A stretch of DNA of 64,000 bases. It comes from a virus. Both the position numbers and the translations under genes were made by a program. Below the pieces are notes generated by a model. That model had not been told where the DNA came from, did not search any database, and saw only the letters and a list, made by a program, of their open reading frames with translations. This document shows positions 32,155-42,258 of the stretch, in pieces. The stretch covers positions 45,014 through 109,013 of IMG/VR virus record IMGVR_UViG_3300005758_000132, one strand, 5' to 3'. The stretch's first letter is position 1. Each line of letters starts with the position of its first letter.

Positions 32155-33074
32155 CCCTGCTTGCGCAGTTCGCCGGCGACGTCAGGAGGCTGCCAGCCCT
32201 CCGGCTTTCTCTTCTTTCCCTTCTCATCCACAGGCCCCGACTGCTTCGCCATGTTGGCCTTGTAGACCTCAAAGGCGACTGGCTCGCCGTCAACGCCTAG
32301 CTCTTGGCGGGTGCCTTCAACCACGAAGTCGAGGTCAGCGAGGCCATCGACGATCTCTGGGAGGTCAGGCGACACGAACGATACCTCGTCGACGCTGAGC
32401 ATCGTTTGGTTTTTCAAGGTACGCACCCACTCAGCATTACCTGCGAAGGCAGCTTCCAGCACCTCGAAGTACTCCTCGGTGACGAGCCGCAAGCGATGCC
32501 TGAGCACGTCGCTATGTACGACAGGGGCCGGTGGCGTCGGCCTGCCGATCATCCACTGGAAGTCCTTCACCTGGTTCTTGAGCGACTTCATGTCGAGCTT
32601 TGGCTTGCCTGGCACGTTGCCCAGCGTAGCGAGCTGAGCCTTGCTGGTGTCGACTTCCGAAGACACTGACTGCGCGATGAACACCCTGGCGTCAGCGATA
32701 ACGTTAATGAGCGCGGATATCGCGAAGTCATTTTCAGGCACGAAATGCACAAGAGCGTCAATAAGGTCAACTACAACAGTGCGCTGCTTATAGTCAGTCT
32801 TGGAGACGCCGTCCGTCAGCGCATTGACGATAACGTTTCGCTGCGCTGTGCTGACGTCTTCAGACCAACCGATACCCGGATGCTTTTCTAGCACGCGCTC
32901 AGCGCACCAGATGGCCTTCTCGATATCCTCGACGAACTTGCCCTTGTGAGGGGCACGGCAGGCGTACTTCAACGCATGGCCAAGCCATTGGCTCGCACCG
33001 TTGAGGATGTCCATGGCGACAGCCACTTCGATGGCGCCATGGTTGTAATGCTTGGGATGGTTAACGTTGGACAT
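32142..33074 (-). CDS. DUF3310 domain fused to MazG-like NTP pyrophosphohydrolase
   Basis: VNHPKHY..KYACRA..KG..EDIEKAIW; EEYFE..EIVDGLAD..NMAK..GK..KPEGWQPP. Confidence 0.8.
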   Translation of the reverse strand: MSNVNHPKHYNHGAIEVAVAMDILNGASQWLGHALKYACRAPHKGKFVEDIEKAIWCAERVLEKHPGIGWSEDVSTAQRNVIVNALTDGVSKTDYKQRTVVVDLIDALVHFVPENDFAISALINVIADARVFIAQSVSSEVDTSKAQLATLGNVPGKPKLDMKSLKNQVKDFQWMIGRPTPPAPVVHSDVLRHRLRLVTEEYFEVLEAAFAGNAEWVRTLKNQTMLSVDEVSFVSPDLPEIVDGLADLDFVVEGTRQELGVDGEPVAFEVYKANMAKQSGPVDEKGKKRKPEGWQPPDVAGELRKQGWRG

Positions 33075-33085
33075 TGTTTTTCCTC

Positions 33086-33331
33086 TTACCCTTGCTTGTG
33101 TTTTTCCGCGTGTCTGCCGGTCACCGCTCGTTTAGACAACGGCACCCACGACATACCGTTTGCGATCAGACTGATATATTGACGTGTCACGCCGTATCGT
33201 CGAGCAATCTCGGCTTGCTTTATTCCCTCAGCAAGCTGCTCGCGGATAGCGACAACGTCTTCTTCGCTCAGCTTGGTATTGGAACGGCGGCGTGTCTGTC
33301 GCCTGTCCTCCGGCATAGGGGCTCTAGGCAT
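33086..33331 (-). CDS. HTH DNA-binding protein (HNH-associated type)
   Basis: KLSEEDVVAIR..QAEIARRYGVTRQYISLI. Confidence 0.75.
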   Translation of the reverse strand: MPRAPMPEDRRQTRRRSNTKLSEEDVVAIREQLAEGIKQAEIARRYGVTRQYISLIANGMSWVPLSKRAVTGRHAEKHKQG

Positions 33332-34155
33332 TACGCACCCTTCACACGCTGCTCGTCATCAGGCTTACCGCCCTTTATGAGCTTCAGTTTTATGCCGCTT
33401 GCAGCCAGCTCATTTTGAATGGACTCCGCGATAGGCTCTTCTGACAAGCGGCGCAGGATTTTAGCCGCGGCGTCCACCTCTCGTATTGCCTCAGCCACCG
33501 ATATGTCTGACGTCACGGTTTCGAGCGCCTTAGGATCTCCCATCAACAAACGCTCTAGCTCCATCTTCTGACGCACGAGACTTCCCACGTCCTTCGTCAT
33601 CTCTTTAAGCTCTCGCAGCGTCTTCCAAAGCTCTTTCTTGTCCGCCGCCCCCGGCGCAGTACCAAGGCTAGCAAGCTCAGTCGCAAGGCGCAGCGTAATA
33701 GGCTGCACGTTCTTGAGCAGGGTCAACAATGATGAAAGCAGGATCTCGGTAGCTAGCCCGACACCATGCACCAACTTACCCTCTAGTGCCCTGACCGCAG
33801 TCGCGTCGCGATTCGCGCTTAGACGCTCAGTAGGAGACCCAGCGATCTTCTCGTACTTGCGCTCAGCCTCAGTTCTAGCAGCCCGCGCTTCAAGCAAAAG
33901 AATATCTCGAATCGCCGGTCTGTTTAGCTTTTTATTGCCGGAAATAAACGCGACGCGCGCTGTATTTACCTGCACGCCTACAGTTTTTGCCGCCTCCGAA
34001 TAATTCACTGGCGTCTGACCGCGGAACGCTTCGACTAGCTTCCACCATTTTTCCAGCTCCAAGTCCCTCGAACCAGGTGTTTTCTCCAGTGGGGCGATAT
34101 CCTCTGGCTTGGCAGGATTCATCGGGTCTTTCGGCGGAGTCTTGGCGCTCATCAC
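33331..34155 (-). CDS. Hypothetical HTH-containing helical protein (possible small terminase)
   Basis: NYSEAAKTVGVQVNTAR HTH then long helices. Confidence 0.45.
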   Translation of the reverse strand: MMSAKTPPKDPMNPAKPEDIAPLEKTPGSRDLELEKWWKLVEAFRGQTPVNYSEAAKTVGVQVNTARVAFISGNKKLNRPAIRDILLLEARAARTEAERKYEKIAGSPTERLSANRDATAVRALEGKLVHGVGLATEILLSSLLTLLKNVQPITLRLATELASLGTAPGAADKKELWKTLRELKEMTKDVGSLVRQKMELERLLMGDPKALETVTSDISVAEAIREVDAAAKILRRLSEEPIAESIQNELAASGIKLKLIKGGKPDDEQRVKGA

Positions 34156-34829
34156 AGAATCCTTCTAGGCTCTCTACCAAGCAGACTCTTCATCGCGATA
34201 AGCGCCTGGCCCACGCGGGCTACTCGACTTGGACCGTACAACTCCAACGCACCACGTGTGCCTATAGGACGGCCGTCCTTACCCACCACGTCTTTGAGCC
34301 AGTCAATACCGCGCACGAAGTCATCAGACCGCTGGTCTACGAGCTTTCTACGCTCAACAGGCTCCGTCGATACTTCAACGTCTCGCAATAAATTGTGCAC
34401 CAGGAAGCCGCTTACATGCAGCGTGTCAGCGATGGTGCGCGTTGAGAATCCGTTTTGCTTTAACCATTTCGCTGCGTCCTTATCGATAACGACTGACGGC
34501 GGTCCCGGTCTCTTTGGAAAATAGACATGTCGCACGCCGAGGTCTTTTGCGACCACGCGGCACTCCTTCAACAAGTTCGCCGGGATGCGCTTCTCGCTCA
34601 CTGTAGGCGCACCTGTCAGCGCGAAGGTAATGAAGCGTATGCGAGCGCCGCCAGCGGCTACACGCAACAAAGCGCTGCTCACAGCGCGCACCAGCGCGAG
34701 CGGAAAGCCAGCGTCTAGCGCATTTTTGAAGCGCGACGCGCCCAGCTGCTCTGTAGTAGCACCTGGCGGTCTGCCGCGCGGGCGTGGAGGAGTATTCTTT
34801 ACAGTCTTTACTTTGCTCGCGATGCCCAT
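34152..34829 (-). CDS. Basic DNA-binding protein (AT-hook-like plus HTH)
   Basis: PRGRPPG; GFSTRTIADTLHVS. Confidence 0.5.
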   Translation of the reverse strand: MGIASKVKTVKNTPPRPRGRPPGATTEQLGASRFKNALDAGFPLALVRAVSSALLRVAAGGARIRFITFALTGAPTVSEKRIPANLLKECRVVAKDLGVRHVYFPKRPGPPSVVIDKDAAKWLKQNGFSTRTIADTLHVSGFLVHNLLRDVEVSTEPVERRKLVDQRSDDFVRGIDWLKDVVGKDGRPIGTRGALELYGPSRVARVGQALIAMKSLLGREPRRIL

Positions 34830-35302
34830 AACGTCTCCAGCGTATCAATCCATCCTACCACGTAAGGCGTAGACGCGTCAGTTACCACGAGCGCGTCGCC
34901 AGTCTTCACCGGGGCTAAGTCTAGCCTCCAGCGGCGCTCAGACGATACACGAACACTTGGTGCAGGTATAAGGAAAAACGTTCGCCACGTAGCAAGACCT
35001 TGCGGCGATACCGCGAAGAATATGTCTCCTCCGGTGTCGCGACCAATCACCATGCTGGCTAGCGCGTCAGAACCCGTCTCTGCTCTATCGCGCTCAGCTT
35101 GCTTGAGCGCAGCAGTGACGTTGACGCGTCGTCTATGCTTGCACTCTAGCCATAGCCGCAAGTCGGGTATGACTACGTCAGCTTCTATAGCGCCACGCGA
35201 CTGCGTCAGCCCTCGTCGGGAGTCCGTAACGCCGTCCCACTTACGTAGCAGATTTGCTACGGTGCGCTCGAACACTTTACCCTTGCGTCGCGAGTCTGTC
35301 AT
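34808..35302 (-). CDS. Holliday junction resolvase-like PD-(D/E)xK nuclease
   Basis: SRRKGKVFER..ADV..WLECK. Confidence 0.75.
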   Translation of the reverse strand: MTDSRRKGKVFERTVANLLRKWDGVTDSRRGLTQSRGAIEADVVIPDLRLWLECKHRRRVNVTAALKQAERDRAETGSDALASMVIGRDTGGDIFFAVSPQGLATWRTFFLIPAPSVRVSSERRWRLDLAPVKTGDALVVTDASTPYVVGWIDTLETLWASRAK

Positions 35303-36432
35303 AACCAGCTATCCTTACGCGTTCTTGCTGCTCGCAATTTAGGAACCCGCTTACCGCAAGTCGCTAGCTCTTTCTGCGCGAGAGATATCACGTCATCGAT
35401 GTCTTCCAATGTCATGGGCGACGATTTCGTCAATTCAACATATTCGCGGAATGACTCGCTCTCTGAAAAAGCGTTGGCGATAGTCTCGATGTAGCTCTTG
35501 GCACGGCGTAACATTCTTGCTCTATCGCCGACCACGTCTCCCGGTCGCTCGTCTGCGTACTCCTCATTGCGCGCCTTCTCATACGCTGTGACCACGAATC
35601 TATGCACCATCACTACTGAGGCGTTACGAGCGCGCGTTGACTCGCCTATCCTCGCTAGAAGCGGCCAGTCGTTCGCCTTATCGCCACGCTTCGTGTCTAT
35701 AGCCTTGCACAGTGACGCCAGACCGTCGAGCGATATGCGCAGAGCTAGCGTAGCATCCCTGTACCCCATCTCACGAGCACACGTCTCTGTCTGCTCGCGC
35801 TTGAAATGCGCCTTCATGCTAGTGATAATTTGCTTACACGTCGGGCAGGTCTTCACGAGCTTGAGAAAGTCCTCTGCGACCGCTGTGATATCGCTTATTG
35901 AATCGCTCGCCATGAATAGCGCTGCGTAGTGTTCACTGTCAGCCTTTTCAATCAGCGCTTCTTCGCCGTGATTTCGCATGAACGATATTCGAGGCGAAAA
36001 CGGTGGGCTTGACTTGATTCCACAGTAGCTAAGCGCGATGGAGCCATCTTTGCGGCTGGATACTGTTATGTCCGCGATCGCCCCCAACGGCCTGTCTTCT
36101 ATCGTTAGCAACGAGTAAAGCGGCACGCTTATGCTTAGCGTGAACGCGCCTAGATCGCGCTCGATAGCGATCTTTTCTGCTTGATGCGCTGTAAGCCTCT
36201 CTCCGCGTGTCGAAAATGTACGCGTCTCGAATAGCGCGCGTTCTAGGTTAACGTTGTGCAAGTTATAGCGCTCAAGACGCTGCTGCACACTACTCATGAC
36301 CTTGACCAGGTCCTCGAACGAGGATGCGACAAACGCGTGTCGAATGCCTTGCAGCACGGGAACCGGGTCCGCCCAGTCAGACACGTGCATTTTGTCAGTA
36401 CCATCTTCCAGCGTATAAAGTATGCGTCTCAT
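35299..36432 (-). CDS. Hypothetical protein
   Basis: 377 aa ORF, one CxxC. Confidence 0.6.
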   Translation of the reverse strand: MRRILYTLEDGTDKMHVSDWADPVPVLQGIRHAFVASSFEDLVKVMSSVQQRLERYNLHNVNLERALFETRTFSTRGERLTAHQAEKIAIERDLGAFTLSISVPLYSLLTIEDRPLGAIADITVSSRKDGSIALSYCGIKSSPPFSPRISFMRNHGEEALIEKADSEHYAALFMASDSISDITAVAEDFLKLVKTCPTCKQIITSMKAHFKREQTETCAREMGYRDATLALRISLDGLASLCKAIDTKRGDKANDWPLLARIGESTRARNASVVMVHRFVVTAYEKARNEEYADERPGDVVGDRARMLRRAKSYIETIANAFSESESFREYVELTKSSPMTLEDIDDVISLAQKELATCGKRVPKLRAARTRKDSWL

Positions 36433-36442
36433 CTATAGATCC

Positions 36443-37783
36443 TCAAGGTTGAATTATGACTGAAGAGCCCCACGCGACTGGTGGGTTAGTTCCGCCTAGC
36501 ATCGCCCAAATCACTCTGGTATCCGCAGGCGGCGTTGCTGGCGCCGTTCCGTACCCGTCTGTAATGTAGACCAGAACATTAGCGCGCTTGTTTCTAGGCA
36601 GCTTAGCGTGCGCATCAAACGCAGGTCGAAAATCAGTACCACCGCCGCCCCGCAATTTGATTTTATCCACGTCCTGCACGCTTACCTCGCGCAGCTCGTG
36701 CATTTCTGCGTCACACTGTCCCCACATCACTTCACTGCGCGTGGTTTCCAGCACGCCGCGGACTTCAGCTAGCGCGTTTTCTAGCAGGCTAACCATAGAG
36801 CCGGAGGTATCCATGACCACCATTACGCGGACCTTCGGCTCTACCTGTCTAGGCTGCAAAAACTGCCCGTACGTGCGCCGTGCGAATCTCGACCAGTCGT
36901 TGCGCGTATTGCCTTTGACGCTCTCAGTAGCGCGCCGTACCGCGGTGCGTAGCTGCGCTCTCCAGTCTACCTTCGACTTTTTACGCCGTTGAGCGTCTAG
37001 GCGGATGCCGCTGGGGATCGTTCCTTGCTGCGCGGCGCGTGCTACTGAGTCAGTCATGCTATCTACGAGCGCCTGACTATCCGCGGAGGACAACCCAGCG
37101 TACTTGCCCATATCGTCGCCGCTGGTATCGGCAGCGTCACCGCTCTGCGCGCTACCGCCCGTGCGCGTCTTAGCCGCGGCCTGCTCAGACTTGTCACTTG
37201 CGTCGTCAGCCACTCCAGCTGAGGCGTCGATTTCGTCCTGAAGCTCTTGCTCGATCTGCGTAGGAGCGCCAGCACCTGATCCGCAACCCTGCGCGCTCAT
37301 AGGCTGAGCTTGTTTCGCCTGCTTGCCCTGCTTCGCGAGCAAGGCCGCATAATAGTCCTCTGCTGTTAGATGCACAGGACAACCGATCGTCTCTGGGAAG
37401 ACCGGCTCGCCTGGAAACTTACATCCCGCGTCACGGAGGTCATCGTTGATCTCAGCATCACACGCGATATTCCAATTTCGCGCAGACTCTTGCCCTACGA
37501 TACCTAGCGCCTTGGCTCGCGCGCCGTGCTGCTGCCAGAGATGAAGCAGCTCGTGCAGAAGCACGGTTGCCAGCTCTTCGTGCTTCCACTTCCCGACAAC
37601 GTCTTCATTGAGAATCACTACCCACTTGTCACTGACGCACGCCGCGAAAGACGGATCGGGAACTGTGACGAGCAACGGGGTAAGCGCTGCCAGCTCCACG
37701 CTCCAGTAGGGCATCCGCCTGGACGCCGCCACGAACGCGCGCTCAACCAGCGCCTCGAAATCTTTATTTGTGCTTATCTTCAT
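36443..37783 (-). CDS. Zincin metallopeptidase-VWA protein (DUF2201 type)
   Basis: HELLH, WNIACDAEIN, MIDAS DTSGS, GGGGTDFRP, ITDG. Confidence 0.88.
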   Translation of the reverse strand: MKISTNKDFEALVERAFVAASRRMPYWSVELAALTPLLVTVPDPSFAACVSDKWVVILNEDVVGKWKHEELATVLLHELLHLWQQHGARAKALGIVGQESARNWNIACDAEINDDLRDAGCKFPGEPVFPETIGCPVHLTAEDYYAALLAKQGKQAKQAQPMSAQGCGSGAGAPTQIEQELQDEIDASAGVADDASDKSEQAAAKTRTGGSAQSGDAADTSGDDMGKYAGLSSADSQALVDSMTDSVARAAQQGTIPSGIRLDAQRRKKSKVDWRAQLRTAVRRATESVKGNTRNDWSRFARRTYGQFLQPRQVEPKVRVMVVMDTSGSMVSLLENALAEVRGVLETTRSEVMWGQCDAEMHELREVSVQDVDKIKLRGGGGTDFRPAFDAHAKLPRNKRANVLVYITDGYGTAPATPPADTRVIWAMLGGTNPPVAWGSSVIIQP

Positions 37784-37792
37784 GTCGATCCT

Positions 37793-37821
37793 TGTATACG
37801 CGCAAACGTTTTTCGCGTCAA
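37793..37821 (-). promoter_or_regulatory. Conserved promoter TTGACG-N17-TATACA (near-leaderless)
   Basis: Spacer CGAAAAACGTTTGCGCG; -10 ends 9 nt before the ATG. Confidence 0.8.
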
Positions 37822-37829
37822 CTCATATC

Positions 37830-39029
37830 TCACGAGCGAGCAGACTTTGCGAGCACGCCAATCGTGGTCAGTACCTTGCGCAGGTCCTTATCGAGCCTCG
37901 CAATCTCGTCGACGCGGATGACTCCTCCCAGCATCGATACAGCGTTCACCAAGATGTCCCGGCGACGCTCGAAGGTGCCCATGAAAGCCACGAACCTAGC
38001 CAGCTCTTCGTCGCGCTTACCAGGCTCCATGGACTGAAGCTGAATCACTGCCGCCAGAAGGAAGGCCGCTGTGCGGTCGAGACGCTCTGCGCGATGCTCA
38101 AAGTCTACCTGACCTCGCAGCCACATCTTAGCGTCCGGAAGATCCGCGTCCCTCAGCCACGCGCGGAACTCTGCGTAGACTGATTTTCCTACGCAGCCGA
38201 CCTGAAACGCGTCCGCGTCGTCGTGGTCCAGCTTGTGAACCTTGCTGCTAGCCCTAGCGCGCGTGAACATATCCCAGGATCGCGGACTCGCCCACGCGCC
38301 AGCAGCGTCCTTAGACGCCGGCTCAGGAAGCACCAGACGTCTCGTGGGACGCGCGCTGAGGAACCCGATGACGTCTGCGCTAGCCGCGGCGAAGGCTTCA
38401 GGCCACGCGGCCATCACAGCGTCTTCGCGCTCCTCTGGCGTTGTGGTAGGCGCGGCAGCGTCGTTGACGCCTTCACGAAGGACTAGCCACTCCGCCCACT
38501 GCTCGAAGGCGGGAATGTCCGCCGTGAGATGACACCAGCGATTCGCGAACGCCATCGGCAGGTCTACGCCTCCAGCGGCGCTAGCGATATCCGTAGGGTT
38601 AATCGCGGAGACAAACCGCGTGCCTTCACCCAATGAGAAACTACCGCAGGCGCGCTCGTTGACGACGCGCATGAAGGCGGAGAACACCGGCGGTGGGCAG
38701 GTGTTTAGCTCGTCGAGCAGTACAATAGACCTACCCGCCGTGGCTGCACGCCGCGCCCAAGCAGGTGGAGCGTAGTCCATCTCGCGGACGGTCTGGATCC
38801 GTCCGCCAACCTCGACCTTGTTTTCAGTCAGGAACGGATGCCCTTGCGCCTCTACGCTCTCCATGAGCGAGAGGACTAGCGTTTCGACATGCACGCCGAG
38901 CTGCTCACCGAGCTGCTCGATCATCGCCGTCTTACCAATGCCTGGAGCGCCTTCCAGCTTAACTGGCACGCCCCATCCGCGCCGGGTGGGGGTGTAAAAA
39001 GCTGCCTTCAGAATGTCAAAAGTACCCAT
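37830..39029 (-). CDS. MoxR-like AAA+ ATPase
   Basis: GAPGIGKT, LLDELN, ANRW, SPRSW. Confidence 0.88.
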   Translation of the reverse strand: MGTFDILKAAFYTPTRRGWGVPVKLEGAPGIGKTAMIEQLGEQLGVHVETLVLSLMESVEAQGHPFLTENKVEVGGRIQTVREMDYAPPAWARRAATAGRSIVLLDELNTCPPPVFSAFMRVVNERACGSFSLGEGTRFVSAINPTDIASAAGGVDLPMAFANRWCHLTADIPAFEQWAEWLVLREGVNDAAAPTTTPEEREDAVMAAWPEAFAAASADVIGFLSARPTRRLVLPEPASKDAAGAWASPRSWDMFTRARASSKVHKLDHDDADAFQVGCVGKSVYAEFRAWLRDADLPDAKMWLRGQVDFEHRAERLDRTAAFLLAAVIQLQSMEPGKRDEELARFVAFMGTFERRRDILVNAVSMLGGVIRVDEIARLDKDLRKVLTTIGVLAKSARS

Positions 39030-39058
39030 GTCTCAATCTCCTTGTTCTAGGTGACGCG

Positions 39059-39105
39059 AGCCTAGACTAAAGCTGCGCGTCTGTAAATAGAAAAAACGTT
39101 TTTCT
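39059..39105 (-). promoter_or_regulatory. Promoter TTTACA-N17-TAGGCT with upstream near-palindrome AGAAAAACGTTTTTTCT
   Basis: Spacing and shared core motif. Confidence 0.55.
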
Positions 39106-39113
39106 CGAAGGTG

Positions 39114-39416
39114 TTACTTGGCGAACTTCACCGTTGCCACGGCCGACTCGTTGCGAAACTCTAGCACTTCAGGTCTCGCCTTGGCGTAACCTGCGAGACC
39201 TTTGGAGTCCCACGAAGTACGCGTGGAGACCTTCACGGTCCCGTAGTCAGTCTCCAAGTCTCCATTCTCGACTGCGTAAGCTCGAAGCTCTTTCTTCAGG
39301 TCCTCGATCTGCGCCTCAAGCGCAGCGATTTCCGGATTTGCTTCATAGATAGCAGTCAGCAGCTCTTGCAGCTTTGCTGCTTTCTTAAAGACCTTCTCGA
39401 TTTCCTTACCCGTCAT
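39114..39416 (-). CDS. Hypothetical coiled-coil protein (Gam/gp157-like architecture)
   Basis: AAGGAG SD, own promoter. Confidence 0.6.
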   Translation of the reverse strand: MTGKEIEKVFKKAAKLQELLTAIYEANPEIAALEAQIEDLKKELRAYAVENGDLETDYGTVKVSTRTSWDSKGLAGYAKARPEVLEFRNESAVATVKFAK

Positions 39417-39451
39417 CTTAGCGCTCCTTGGTTTCCGTTCCTTACAAGCCG

Positions 39452-39500
39452 ATTATATATGCGCGAGCGCAGTCGTCAACAGAAAAAACGTTTTTTCTGT
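39452..39500 (-). promoter_or_regulatory. Promoter TTGACG-N16-TATAAT with 22-bp perfect palindrome upstream
   Basis: ACAGAAAAAACGTTTTTTCTGT at 39479-39500. Confidence 0.7.
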
Positions 39501-39516
39501 AAACAATGTAAAACGC

Positions 39517-39542
39517 AAAAAAGCCGGGTGGTTACCCGGCTT
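39517..39542 (-). terminator. Intrinsic terminator after sbcC-like gene
   Basis: AAGCCGGGT/ACCCGGCTT stem plus T6. Confidence 0.85.
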
Positions 39543-39565
39543 GTTCATAGGTGAAGACTACAGGC

Positions 39566-41173
39566 TCAGGTCACGTGTACGCGCACAGCCGCCTTGCAGC
39601 GCGCGGCTAGCTCGACGTTTTGCGTAATCAGTACGATGAGACATGAGGCTGCGCGCTCCTCCAGTACCGTTGCCACAGCGTCTACGCCTGCGACGTCGAG
39701 CGTGTCAAACGTGTCGTCGAAGAGCAGCGGTAAGGAAACGCTCGCGGGCGCCGCGTACAGATCCGCGATAGCTAGCATCAGCGCGACGTCAATGCGTCGT
39801 CTCTCGCCACCGCTGGCGCCTGCGTAGTTATCAGCGCCCAGACCTTCAACTGCTACGCTCAGCTTGTCACTGACGCCTCCGGTCTTTTTCTCCTGATAGG
39901 TTTTGATGGTCAGCGCCATCGGCGCGTTCATGCGACTGAGAGTATTATTCGCCGAGGCTTCAATGGCGCGCACGCCTTCCTCGAAAAGTCTAACGCGCGC
40001 GCCTTGTAGGCCAAGCACAGAGTCCGCGAATCCTAGCTTGCGCAGGTCATCGTTGATGATCGCGAGCTTGGAGCGGCGCTCTTCGATGCGTCGCTCTAAC
40101 TCCTCCACTTTCACCTCTAACTTGTCGATCGTCTTGATATGGCTATCGCGCACAGACGCGAGCCCTTGCACGCGCAGTATCTCACTGTTGATCTCATTAG
40201 CAGCGCGCGTCAGCCGTTGTACCAAGGCCGCGGCTGCGTCACGCGCGATCTTGGCTTGTGTCGCCGTTGTCTTGGCGCTATTCGCAGCGTCCCTAGCCTT
40301 TTTCACGTCCGCGTCTAGTCGTGCTACGCGGTCCTCGTGAGCCTTGTGCGCGTCCTCGTTTAGGTCATAGGGCCTACCGCAGGTCTCGCACTCCGTTGGA
40401 GCCTGTTGTCCGTGCGTGTAGTCTAGCTCCGTGCTCAGCTCCCTTAGCTTAGCCATTGCAGCGCCGAATTCACGTTGCGCAACGCGGTCTCCGTTTAGCT
40501 TTCTCGCCTCATCCTCCTGAGCTGCGAGCAACTGCTTATAGGTATCGTCGAGGCGCTTTCGCAACGCGGAGTCGTCTACGTCAGCGGCTATATCTGCGAG
40601 CTGTTGATACGCGTCCGTCAGCGACTCGTTTGCCATCTCTAGTTGACCGTTGTCACCTGTCAGAGCGCTCTCAAGAAGGTCCTTTTCACGCTGTTTTTGA
40701 CGCTTGTCATCGCGCAACGAGGTAAGCGCTGCGTCAAAGCGTCCAAGGCCTAGAAGACCCTCTAGGAGGGCCTTGCGCTCGCTGTCTTTCGCGTCAGAGA
40801 ACCTATTGGCGTCGTAGGAGGAAAAGACGCACGACTTGCGCCAGCCGTCAAAAGTGAGCCCAAGCCTTTCTTCTAGCCTTTCTTGACCCTTTTTTGAGCC
40901 TTCTGAAGCGCCTTCAGGAGCGCCGTTGATTGACCACGCCAGCTTGCCGCTTGACCTACTGATCTTGAGTCCGCCTAGCTCAACCTCGACTGACGCCTTG
41001 GCGCCGGGGTGCGTGTCACGCACTGTTTTGCCATAGAGCGCCCACGCCAACGTCTCAACGTATCGCGTGCTCTTACCAGCACCGTTATGGCCTGTGATCA
41101 CGACTAGTCCGGTTTTCGGAAAGTCTATATTGATGGCGTCATGGCCGTAGAATTTCGACGCGCGTACTTTCAT
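39566..41173 (-). CDS. SbcC/Rad50-like ATPase (T4 gp46-like)
   Basis: GHNGAGKS, CETC Zn-hook, SGGE signature, LLFDD..LD. Confidence 0.9.
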   Translation of the reverse strand: MKVRASKFYGHDAINIDFPKTGLVVITGHNGAGKSTRYVETLAWALYGKTVRDTHPGAKASVEVELGGLKISRSSGKLAWSINGAPEGASEGSKKGQERLEERLGLTFDGWRKSCVFSSYDANRFSDAKDSERKALLEGLLGLGRFDAALTSLRDDKRQKQREKDLLESALTGDNGQLEMANESLTDAYQQLADIAADVDDSALRKRLDDTYKQLLAAQEDEARKLNGDRVAQREFGAAMAKLRELSTELDYTHGQQAPTECETCGRPYDLNEDAHKAHEDRVARLDADVKKARDAANSAKTTATQAKIARDAAAALVQRLTRAANEINSEILRVQGLASVRDSHIKTIDKLEVKVEELERRIEERRSKLAIINDDLRKLGFADSVLGLQGARVRLFEEGVRAIEASANNTLSRMNAPMALTIKTYQEKKTGGVSDKLSVAVEGLGADNYAGASGGERRRIDVALMLAIADLYAAPASVSLPLLFDDTFDTLDVAGVDAVATVLEERAASCLIVLITQNVELAARCKAAVRVHVT

Positions 41174-42258
41174 TCCGCCCCCCGATAATAGGACAGCGCG
41201 AGCTGCGCCACACCGTTCACCTCGTCTTCCGGCGCGACGGTCTCAGCGTGCGCCCATATAGCCTCTTCAATCGAGACGACTGACGATGCGCGTGTTTTTA
41301 CGTCATCCGCCTTAGCTATTTCGTCAGCGCGCTCTTTGTGCGCTACTACGAGCACATTTCCCGGCAGCGAGCCTTTATCAATCTTGCCGATTTCTCGCGG
41401 ATGAACCTTGAGTTTAACGCGCGCCCGAGCAGTCTCTTGCAAGAGTTCGAGAGCCTGCTCTACGGAGTCTGCCACCAGGAATGTAGGAATATCCTCCACT
41501 CGTTGCGGCGTGAGACGCGTGACCTTGTCACTCTTAGGGTCTACCTCCGCGCAGCTGATCCATCCGTAGTAGGTATGGCCTTCGTACTCCGTAGCGTTAT
41601 CCCAACCCGTCGGACATAGCGCACCTATCTGCTCTACAGCTCCGCTCGTCATGCGCGTGTGCCAGTCACCGACATACATTCTCGCGCCGGGCAAGCACTT
41701 CGCGAGCAACGCGTTAGCCTGAGCGATAGTGAGCGCGCCCTCAGATCCAGTAAGAAACGGGGGTGTTTTCTCCGTGATTATTCCGCAGTGCGCTACTACA
41801 ATATGCGTTTTGTACAGAATATCGCTGTTTGCGTCAGTCCAGTCCTTCATTCTCGTGCCTCTTGGCGGAGGTGGGAAAAACGCGATATTCACATCTCCTA
41901 CGCTGCGCTTCGTGGGCGCGTCTACGACCGACACGTTGCTCAAAAACGTTAACGGCACGCACGCGTGATCGTTTGGCGCATCCGTAACACGATCGTGATT
42001 GCCTACTAGCACGATGATATCGCCACCGCGCGCTAGCTCACGCATCACGGCTGCCACCACCTGTGGCGTAGGCTTGGCTACATCGAACAGATCACCACAT
42101 ACAATGAGCGTGGCCTTTTCAGCCTTAGCTATCGCGATCGCTTGTGCCAGTGCGCGTAGGTGATCTTGGCAGCGGTCATTGACCCCGCACACTGACGCTC
42201 CGCCCTGCAATGTGTGATTCCCGACGTGGACGTCTGCGACAAAGAAGAAACGCTTCAT
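41170..42258 (-). CDS. SbcD/Mre11-like metallophosphoesterase nuclease (T4 gp47-like)
   Basis: ADVHVG, GDLFD, GNHD, GDWH. Confidence 0.9.
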   Translation of the reverse strand: MKRFFFVADVHVGNHTLQGGASVCGVNDRCQDHLRALAQAIAIAKAEKATLIVCGDLFDVAKPTPQVVAAVMRELARGGDIIVLVGNHDRVTDAPNDHACVPLTFLSNVSVVDAPTKRSVGDVNIAFFPPPPRGTRMKDWTDANSDILYKTHIVVAHCGIITEKTPPFLTGSEGALTIAQANALLAKCLPGARMYVGDWHTRMTSGAVEQIGALCPTGWDNATEYEGHTYYGWISCAEVDPKSDKVTRLTPQRVEDIPTFLVADSVEQALELLQETARARVKLKVHPREIGKIDKGSLPGNVLVVAHKERADEIAKADDVKTRASSVVSIEEAIWAHAETVAPEDEVNGVAQLALSYYRGAE

